From assembly GCA_024704765.1 (NCBI GenBank), contig JAKMXF010000210.1:658286-722285 (forward strand): 64,000 nucleotides of DNA, in the 5' to 3' direction. Origin of the DNA: Oopsacas minuta (lineage: Eukaryota; Animalia; Porifera). The notes beneath the pieces were generated by a model. That model had not been told where the DNA came from, did not search any database, and worked only from the letters and a program-made list of their open reading frames with translations. The position numbers and the translations under genes were made by a program. Shown in pieces: positions 11,601 to 20,233 of this stretch (position 1 is its first letter; the number at the start of each line of letters is the position of its first letter).

Positions 11601-13879
11601 CTCTCCTCTATTGGATATATACTAATTGTTATATCTATATGTGTGTAGGGTAACCGGAGTCTCTTAAAGAGGTTAGTAGCTACACAGAACGTGAATGAGC
11701 TGGATACAGAGAACAGATCTGCTCTTATGTATGCTTGTGTGGGAGATCAGCTAAAGGCTGCTGAGATATTAATTAAGAAAGGAGCTAATACTAACTTAGT
11801 AGATAAGGCAGGTAACTCTGCTCTAATCTATGCTGTACAGTTCGGGAGAGATCAGGTTTGTTATTCTGTTTGATGCTCCAAATATTCTTTATAGCTTGTA
11901 TTAGCTAGTTAAACTATTATTGAAGTCATCAGCTGATTCATCTCTCAAGAATAAAGAGGGGAAGAATGCTATTCACATATGTGCAGAGATAGAAGAGAGT
12001 CTCAGATGTTTGGAGTTCTTATGCAAGTAATTATTATTCAGACATATAACTTGTAATAGTCATTCTATACATATCATATATGTATTCTACAGACATTCTA
12101 GTGTAAATAGAGCTGTTAACGAGAGAGACGGTCGTATGCAGTCTCCTCTACATATCAGTGTATTTGCTAACCTCCCTCAACACACCAGGATGCTACTAGT
12201 AGCTAGAGCTAAGCTGTGTATCAGTGATGCTGAGGGTAGGACCCCTCTACACTATGCTATTACAGCTAATTCTCTAATATGTCTTCAAATCATACTAGAG
12301 GTTGTTAATAATATTATAACTAGTAATTACATTCTCTTTGAATCTGGTTTCTCTATTGAATTTCAGAGTATTCTCATAACATGCATGTTACCTACGTAAT
12401 AGACATAATTATATTAATAATCAGTTCAGAGCACTTAGAGGAGTCCAAGTTGTCGGATAGCCTTGAACTGGTCTGGAATCTCCATGAGGGCGTGGAGTGC
12501 AAAGTTCACTTCAGGGAAGTCTTGACCCTGAGTGACCTTGTGGAAGTTCACAAATTGGAAATTATCAAAAGTTCTCTCTTTAATTCTGTCATCAAAATCC
12601 TCCATCGTATCCCATGGTCCATCTCCTACTCCTACCATAACTATAGATAGCGGATACTTAGAAGCTCGTATTATTGCCGCGATAGTGTCTGCTTCATTTG
12701 TTACTTGTCCGTCCGCTATAATCACCAGGATATGATATGACGTCATACTCCTAACTATCTCTATTGCTTTGTCAATGAGAGGCGCAAAGTTGGTGGGACC
12801 AGAGAGGGTAATGTGTGGAGTAATCTGCTCGTAGATCTTCAAAGTGTCACTCACTCCGTTACACATTCCTCCATCTGTCTTGATGTTAAATACATTATTT
12901 CCTTTTGTTCTAGAATCCCCGAAACCATAAACAGGTATCATATTATCGTCATCAAATGGTTCTAGCACTAATCCTAGAGTCCGTATAACTTTCTGATATG
13001 GGTTGAGGAGAGGAGGGACTAATGCGTGTAGAGAGTGTCCTCCAAAGGTCTGCTCCCCTTGTGTGTTGTTACTACGTGTATAGTCTATACCAAATATCAG
13101 CTGACTAGACTCTAAGCCCGCCTTACGCATGCTAGCTTGTAAATCCTCAAAACTTCTGTATTTGTCCTGGATCGTTAGAAGAGTGGGTGTAGATTGTTTA
13201 GGGGGTTGTTTCTTCTTCTTCTTGTTAGCAGTCACCAGATACACAATGAATAGAATTAATACGATTATCAGTAGTGTGTCCATGCTTGTATGCTGTAGAA
13301 TATTTGTTATTATACTTTAGAGTCTGATTGCTATTGTATAGTCACACACTCCTATATATTAACATGTTACAGTATGTGTTTATGCCTAATGTAGTAATTC
13401 AAGTCAGGATTATTGTCAATGATTGAATGTAGTAATTCAAGTCAGGAGTATAGTCAATGATTGAATGTAGTTTCGTCATTTATTTACTTAATAGTTAAAT
13501 AGTTTGTACATTTATTTGTTAGAATTGTGGAAGAGATGTAAATATTCCTGATACATCTGGGTGGTCTCCTCTACATCTTGCCTGTCATGACGGTACATCA
13601 GAATCTGTACAGCTGTTGATATCTTCCAAATATTGTGATGTCAATCTGTTAGACTTACACTCTGCTTCTCCTCTACACAATTGTGTGTTTGCTAATCGTC
13701 CTGACCTCATCAAGAAACTAATAGAGGCTGGAGCTAACCCTAACTGTCAGGACAAATCTAAGAGAGCTCCCTTACACTATGCCATAGAGAGGGGGTACAC
13801 TGAATGTGCTCACATGTTACAGAAGAGTAACACACCCCTCAAGGGCAAGACCCTGCTACACAACTTAAGAAATCTTTAG
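8611..13879 (+). CDS. Kinesin motor + coiled coil + DEP domain + ankyrin repeats, 11 exons, about 1069 aa
   Basis: Exons 8611-8880, 8935-9147, 9543-9868, 9923-10472, 10525-10887, 10944-11174, 11231-11593, 11649-11855, 11905-12026, 12093-12300, 13523-13879; phases consistent (3210 nt). [36 protein letters not shown] motifs. DEP-like [23 protein letters not shown]. Repeated TPLH/SPLH/SALM ankyrin motifs. Confidence 0.82.
9188..9484 (-). CDS. HIGD2A: HIG1-domain protein (HIGD2A/Rcf1-like), nested antisense in kinesin intron 2
   Basis: [19 protein letters not shown] and [15 protein letters not shown] signature. ATG 9484 preferred (an in-frame ATG at 9520 also exists). Confidence 0.9.
   Translation of the reverse strand: MSSDKITADQLSEYIYSGPETRREKLWRKLKENPFVPLGCGLTVAALSYGLYQFVKGDQRKSNLMMRARVAAQGFTVFVIVAGVLLTAKKKPVESTNK
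12435..13283 (-). CDS. Copine-type VWA protein (RGLG/CPNA-like) with N-terminal TM anchor, no C2 or RING, nested antisense in kinesin intron 10
   Basis: [73 protein letters not shown]-terminal hydrophobic 18-mer followed by KKKKK. Confidence 0.9.
   Translation of the reverse strand: MDTLLIIVLILFIVYLVTANKKKKKQPPKQSTPTLLTIQDKYRSFEDLQASMRKAGLESSQLIFGIDYTRSNNTQGEQTFGGHSLHALVPPLLNPYQKVIRTLGLVLEPFDDDNMIPVYGFGDSRTKGNNVFNIKTDGGMCNGVSDTLKIYEQITPHITLSGPTNFAPLIDKAIEIVRSMTSYHILVIIADGQVTNEADTIAAIIRASKYPLSIVMVGVGDGPWDTMEDFDDRIKERTFDNFQFVNFHKVTQGQDFPEVNFALHALMEIPDQFKAIRQLGLL
13388..13470 (+). repeat. Tandem duplication of a 38-nt unit (2.2 copies)
   Basis: aatgtagtaattcaagtcaggattattgtcaatgattg at 13388 and a copy with 2 mismatches at 13426; partial copy at 13464. 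Confidence 0.9.
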
Positions 13880-14070
13880 AATAGAAATCCTTTACAAGTA
13901 TGTAGTATGTTTTATTGACATATATTGTTTTTATGGTTTTTATCCATTTCTACTCATGAATAATTATTTCAGTTTAATATAAGAACATTATAACACTAAG
14001 TCATTATCCTATCAGCTTTAAACATACGCTCTGTAACGAACTCAAATCTTCTCGATGGTTTGAACTATAA

Positions 14071-14541
14071 CTATTCTGTTATTTGGTTGACGGAATCAGT
14101 GATCTTAACAATATCGTCTAGTATGATAGACATCGCTACAATTAGAGCTCCTATTGCTAGTAGTATCGTGATCAGGGAAGATACTATAGCAGTGTAGGAG
14201 ATTATCTTTAATATCTTGGCCCAGTAATGTGTGTTCTCTGAGTCTTTTTTGTTTTCGCTTGATCGCACTAGAAATGCTGCAATGATAGAGAATATCCCCA
14301 GACAGGGACAAGCTATACAAGCTGATATAGACAGTATCCATACCCAGGGACCAGCAGCTGCTCCCATCCCCACATCGTATAGGTTAGGTGGTAGCATCGT
14401 GGGTTGATCCATGGTAAGCACAACTCCCGGATACATAGCTGACTCTAGGTCAGGGTACTGTAAGGCTGGAGCTGAGGGTCCCGGTGAGGTGTGGTATTCT
14501 CCTTCATAGCCGAAAGCCTCTCTCTCTTTTTCTGTAGCCAT
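14071..14541 (-). CDS. CD225/dispanin-like membrane protein 1
   Basis: Pro-rich cytosolic N-terminus, WILSISACIACPCLGIFSIIAA intramembrane segment, short loop, then long TM. ATG 14541 chosen because of an upstream TAG acceptor. Confidence 0.65.
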   Translation of the reverse strand: MATEKEREAFGYEGEYHTSPGPSAPALQYPDLESAMYPGVVLTMDQPTMLPPNLYDVGMGAAAGPWVWILSISACIACPCLGIFSIIAAFLVRSSENKKDSENTHYWAKILKIISYTAIVSSLITILLAIGALIVAMSIILDDIVKITDSVNQITE

Positions 14542-14696
14542 TAAGCTAACAATAGGTAATGAATTGATTAAAGAATACATTGTGTGGCGGTAATACAGTG
14601 TATCCCTTAATCCCTTATATGTAGAGTTCTTGTGCAATCTCTCTTTAATTGAAATGAAACACATCGTAACAAGGGCATGAAGCTTACCTGTAATAC

Positions 14697-15131
14697 TCAC
14701 TGATCATTATACACTAAGTTTCGTAGTATAAAAACTATTACAATCACTGCTATTAGACTGAAACATGCTGTGTACAGCACTGTACCCGTTACTATTGCTA
14801 CTAGAGCAAATCCACGTCCGTACTTGACTTTTCTATTTGTTTCGATTGTTTTGCCTTCTTCTGCGTCTTTGCAGGCTGAGAATGTGAAAATGATAGATGG
14901 AATTCCACAGGCTAGACAGCACACGAATGAGATGCTGGAGAGAATCCAGTCCAGAGTCTTAACTTGAGGTACCTTCTTCTGACGAAAATCGCTCAATCTT
15001 ACAGCTGCTTCCTGTTGAGCTTTATAAGGATTGGTGTTTGGAGTGAATCCGTTGTCTTCGTATATCTCATATGGAGGAGGCAATGGGCACTCTTTGTTTG
15101 AATATTCGTCCAATTGCAATTCAGTATTCAT
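14697..15131 (-). CDS. CD225/dispanin-like membrane protein 2 with PPPY motif
   Basis: LPPPYE near N-terminus, DWILSSISFVCCLACGIPSIIF (CD225 CC motif), C-terminal TM. Confidence 0.7.
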   Translation of the reverse strand: MNTELQLDEYSNKECPLPPPYEIYEDNGFTPNTNPYKAQQEAAVRLSDFRQKKVPQVKTLDWILSSISFVCCLACGIPSIIFTFSACKDAEEGKTIETNRKVKYGRGFALVAIVTGTVLYTACFSLIAVIVIVFILRNLVYNDQ

Positions 15132-15941
15132 TATACATTAATTATTTCACTGGGATATTTTATATACTTAATGCAAGTGTTTTATGAAGGCATATACATA
15201 TACACGAGCAATACTCACTTGTATGTTTGAGAATTGTCTCATGGTTGCTAGTGGGCATAATATTTCTTATTCTACCAAAGGCTCTTGTATCTGATTATTT
15301 CGTAATACAAATTCTATTGTTCTGGTGAGAATCTCAAGAGCATCTCAATGCCTCCCATACATACAATTCTCACATGGTTCTATTGAATTCTAAAGATTTA
15401 CTTCGTATCATTAATGCTTTATTTTACGATAACTCTACGCTTCGTTTCTTTATATATTCACCCTATTCTAGTGATGATTATCTCACTCTCTTTAGCTTAG
15501 GATTGTGATCTTATCTGTGTAGGTATGTAGGCTACTTTTCTGACAACAAATTTTACTTCAAAAATGGCTATTATCATTGTAGTAAATGGTGAGATTTTTC
15601 TAAGATTTGAATCTACCTTAGTTGGGTATTTTATCTGATTTCGTTTGGATTTATAAAGCCTCTCTTAGTTGTAGTGGTAAGCTCACCAAATTTAAGTAAT
15701 TCATTACGAGTTGTGACAATAGTCACTACTGTAACTGATAGAAATTACCAATTATCAATTAAGTATTGAATTGGTTTACGAATGGTCTGTTGACACTTTG
15801 GCACAAAAGCCACCAGGTTCCATTTTCCTATTCTCACACTAATTTGATGCTTTACTCTGGGTATAAAGTTCTTTCCTATGCAATAGCCATCCAAGTAGCC
15901 TTCAATCAGGCTCTACAATAAATAGCTGAATTGCTCCTATT

Positions 15942-16889
15942 ATGATATCTCGTGCAAAGCACAAAGTCGTTAAGAAAACTAGGTCTAAACTTTCAGGTAA
16001 TTTTGAAATGAAAACAGTTAAGAAATCTTCAGAATCAATGCCCATACACACTGATGCAGATCCTGCGGATATGCCCTTCACATCAGCCTCCAAGCGAGCC
16101 AGGACCCTCTCAAGAATGACCAAACAGAAAAAGGCAGCGGTGACTGTTGGTCCGAGAGATTTAAATATCGCACAAGAGTCTATCTTCACAAATGATACAG
16201 TAGAAGATCTACGTATTCCCATAGAGAAATATAATATGAGCAGTGATGAGTCTTTCCGTATTAAAATCGAGAATAACTTAGCTCAAGGGTTCGTACCAGT
16301 ACATCTGTGTATTGATGGAAATCTTAATGTAATGCCCCCTACTGGTGTTGGTATGGTGTGGAGCTCTCTGCACATTCTCTCAGACATCCTGATAGAAGAT
16401 GAGATAGAGATGAGGGGGCAGAATCATACTGAAAAGGTTACATTTGAAAGGGATGCAAAAACATTTGTGAATATAGACAATCATACGATGGCATTCGAAG
16501 CGATTGCTTTGTTAATCAGGAAGCTATTCATTGTAGAGAATCCAGCTGACTTTATATTCTACGAGCATTTACATGGAATCACTAGAAAGGTTAAAGATAC
16601 GGAATTACCGCTTATAAATATGGTGCGTTGTTCCGACAGAAGTGATTGGAAATTAATATTAAAAAGAAAACCATTTGATGATCAAATTGGCCAGTGGAGT
16701 CCCTTCACGATTCCAGAACTACGTATGTTCCTGGACATGGCAGATTTTGAGCGAGAAATGAAAGAAACAAATCTTCGCAACCTTTACGAAGAAGTTAGAA
16801 TATTATTATTGGAGGAAATTGGTAGGAAAAAGCAACTGGAAGAAGAAGTATCTCTTGTAAGAATGAGGAAGAAATCTGTTCAAAGTTAG
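15942..16889 (+). CDS. RASSF: Ras-association domain family protein (RASSF1/3/5-type, RA + SARAH)
   Basis: GFVPVHL..AIALLIRKLFIVENPADFIFYE..RKVKDTELPL (RA domain); WSPFTIPELRMFL..YEEVR (SARAH). No C1 domain. Confidence 0.82.
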   Translation: MISRAKHKVVKKTRSKLSGNFEMKTVKKSSESMPIHTDADPADMPFTSASKRARTLSRMTKQKKAAVTVGPRDLNIAQESIFTNDTVEDLRIPIEKYNMSSDESFRIKIENNLAQGFVPVHLCIDGNLNVMPPTGVGMVWSSLHILSDILIEDEIEMRGQNHTEKVTFERDAKTFVNIDNHTMAFEAIALLIRKLFIVENPADFIFYEHLHGITRKVKDTELPLINMVRCSDRSDWKLILKRKPFDDQIGQWSPFTIPELRMFLDMADFEREMKETNLRNLYEEVRILLLEEIGRKKQLEEEVSLVRMRKKSVQS

Positions 16890-17181
16890 TGGTAAGTCGC
16901 TATCTGAGTATGAATTTGTATATATTGTATTAATTCTGTTCGCTTGCTCTTTCCCTATCTGTATGTGTATATATTAGTAATTATTAGCTGGACAGTTTTT
17001 AATAAATTGCAATTATATAACCGTTTAAGCTCGGGGTATAATGCTAGCTCAGTTGCGAATAATTTTGTTATATTCTACTTGCTTGAACTCCATCTTCCTC
17101 CTCAAACAATTCTGGAATTTGCATCATTGAAAGCCTCTCATTAATTATTAAGCTAATTTGGTGGATTATTTGTAGACAGCT

Positions 17182-17205
17182 CTTACGTTGCCATGGAAAC
17201 GTAAG
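17182..17205. promoter_or_regulatory. RFX X-box-like palindrome
   Basis: GTTGCCATGGAAAC (17187-17200) fits the X-box consensus, inside a 24-nt near-perfect palindrome. Confidence 0.5.
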
Positions 17206-17526
17206 CACTATTGAAATTGTGATTCAACTTACAACAAATTACCTTATCCCTGTGAGGGAAGGTTCCATTGTTTAATCAATTGCATCGTGAATATTTCAAA
17301 CATAACTAAGCTCTATGAAGTATCTGTTGCAGTATATGTGTGGGAATTGCTGGGGTATTATAAGGTATATTTGTGCCTACGTGCTGTGTCGTTACGCCCC
17401 TACCTGAGCTCAGTAGAGAGTAGTAGCGACTGAGGGTAGGAAAGATTGAATGGGTGAGATGGATAGTTCTTGAGAACAAACTTAACTACAAATTACATCT
17501 CAGTGCAGTATCTCTCTTGCATAAAG

Positions 17527-20021
17527 ATGACCAGAGAATCAGACTACTGGCGGTATCAAGATCATCCTTACGAGAGAGAATACGAGAGGGAGTTGAGGGA
17601 ATTTGCAAATGATTCAGATTCGAAGAGAGAGGGTGGTAGAAGTCGTGCTGACGAGCGTAGAATCGAGGCTCTGGAGTTGAAGTATCGTCGGGAGCATTTG
17701 AGAGAGCGAGACACTTCTCGGAGAGAAAAGCTCCGCTACACAACCAGAAGCAGCAGGAGCAGGAGCGGGAGAGAGACTCCGGAGAGAGAGGTCAGACGAG
17801 TTAGGATTGTGGAGAGTTTGAGTCCTGAGCCCGGACTGATAGTCTCACCGGAATCAAGTCCTCACTGGAATGAGAAGTCATATTGGTCTAGATCTCACAG
17901 CAGAGAGAGAGAGGACGCATTTTGGAGAAGGAGCAGGTCGTATTCAGAGGAAGGGAGTCCAGTTAGGAAGCGAAGGAGCAGGAGTTATTCTCGTGAGAGG
18001 AGACGAGTTTATAGTAGAAGTCCAGACCGCAAGCAGTCCAAACGTAATGACAATTGTAAGTAATATTATTTATCTATTATATAATTTGTAGATTGTTATG
18101 TTTGTTTTTTGTTCGAATTGAGAGACTTGAAATTTGGCATGTGTGTGTAATGTTATAAATATATTTATGCAAGATCTAAGATCTAAGCGATATCTCAAAA
18201 ACTCTCTGAGATAGGTGTTAAAATGTATTGACCTATCAGATTTGAGTGTTACCAATTGTCCCTATCATATGATAGGCTTTAACACAGTTGAATTCGGATA
18301 CAAATATTACTCAATTGTTTTCTTAGATCGACCCAAACGTTCAGAGCATCGATCTTCAAAAAGATCCTCTCGTTCCAGGTCGAGAGAGTACAGAGAAAAG
18401 ACCCCACAGCCCTCTAAAGACCCCTCCCCCTTAATCCTACTCTCCAATCTGCCCACCTCAGCTGACCGGGGAGATATCGAGGTGTCAACTCGCCCCTTCC
18501 AGACTCGCGAAATTCGCATTTTGTATGACACGGATACGAGGAAGAGTCGCGGGATGGGACTGATTGAGTTTGCTTATGAAAGTGACGCCACTGCCTGGCT
18601 GACTCAGAACAAAGATTCCTTCTATATTTTCGGAGAGAAAATAACTGTAGAGTATACAGTACTCAAGGCTAGAGAGGGCGAATGGAAATGTGCGAAATGT
18701 AACGCTTCTAACTATAGTCACAGATTAGTTTGTTATATATGCAGCAATCCTCTTTACGAATCTGAGGCAGTTAATCAAGGCAGTAGACCTCCTGAACTAG
18801 CACCTCCCTCTAATGTCCTCATACTACGAGGTCTTAAGTTTACAACAACTGAGGAAGTGGTTAGAGCTGCTATCTGCACTATATCAAATAACCGAGTTAA
18901 AGATATCCGTCTGATCAGAGATAGACTTACTAAACAGTCTCGGGGGTTCTGTTTCGTAGAGTTTGTAGGAATCTCAGAGGCTACAGAGACGCTAGACACT
19001 ATCTTTGGACAGGACCCAGCCTTCTTTGTTGATGGGATAAGAACTATAGCTAATTTTGCTAGAGGAAACTTTACTTCTAACAAACCTAATCAAGCAGCTC
19101 TGTCTGCTATAGAGCAGGGGAGCTGGTCATCTGTGTCGGAGCAAGGACCAGAGGGTAAGGTAGTCACAGGTGGGAGCAAGCTAGGAGGTGAACAAGAATA
19201 TTCTTCTAAACCTGTCACCTACTCGACCCCTGTCTCCAGTAGCAGTACTGAGTCTAGATACCAATACGATCCTACCTCTGGATACTACTACGATAGTGCT
19301 AGCGGTCAGTTAATGAGCTCTCTTAGTTTACTGCTTTCGATTGTAGGTTGATATTTCTGTAGGTTTGTATTACGATCCAAATTCCAAGTATCACTACGAT
19401 GCTAATTCACAGAAGTTCTGCTACTACGATCCCGTACAGGGCTCTTACGTATACGTGTCTACAGCTCTACAGATTCCTACACAAACAGACACACCTGTTG
19501 TCCCTGCTCCTACTTCTGCTCCTGTAGAGACTGAGGACTCAGGTCAGCCTAAAACCAAAGATAAAAAGAAAGCTGAACTAGACAGCTTCTCTACTAGTAA
19601 TACGAAGCAGGCTAGGAGGATAGCTAAAGATATGGAAAGATGGGCTCAAAAACAAAACAATACCAAATCTACAAAACCTGTAGCTGTTGTTAATCCCCAA
19701 GAAAGTGAGACTGTTCCTCCTGCTCCCCCTGTCCTGTCTGGAGATTTCACTCTAGGTCCTATCAACCTCAGCTTAGACACTCGTGCTATCCCAGAGGTAG
19801 GTATCTCCAATTATTCAAGTCAGCTGGACTTCTCTCAGCTTGGTAGCTCTGCTGCTACCAGTGCCCCTCTCTTACCGATTAATGCAGAACCTCTGTACAC
19901 GGACTGGGACAGATTAGCATGTCTGCTGTGTAAGAGACAGTTCCAATCTAGAGATCAGCTGGTCAAGCACCAACAGCTGTCAGATCTCCATAAACAGAAT
20001 CTGGAGAAGACGCAATATTGA
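17527..20021 (+). CDS. RBM5: RNA-binding protein RBM5/RBM10 family, 3 exons
   Basis: Exons 17527-18055, 18327-19304, 19363-20021. RS/RE-rich N-terminus, RRM1, RanBP2 ZnF (WKCAKC..CYIC), RRM2 (SRGFCFVEF), OCRE (YQYDPTSGYYYD..), AKDMERWA, C2H2 ZnF (CLLCKRQF..HQQLSDLH). No G-patch. Confidence 0.9.
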
Positions 20022-20233
20022 GGCGATTTCAATTGTTGTGTGACGTAAGTACTATGTCAGTGTTTTCGTATTTGTTAGTAAATCCGTATTCTAATGTCAT
20101 TGTCTTGTCAGGAGTATCATTTTACCATTATATATTACATATCATTTATTAATCCATTGAGGTGTTAGAATATGTTCCTATAGCCATTCTGACAGCTGTT
20201 GCAATAGCGTTAGTAGATTTTACTGAGTGAGCG

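Noticed and set aside
15471-15543. Possible C/D-box snoRNA (GTGATGA...CTGA, 73 nt)
   Set aside because: No terminal stem, and no guide complementarity to rRNA that I could recognise.
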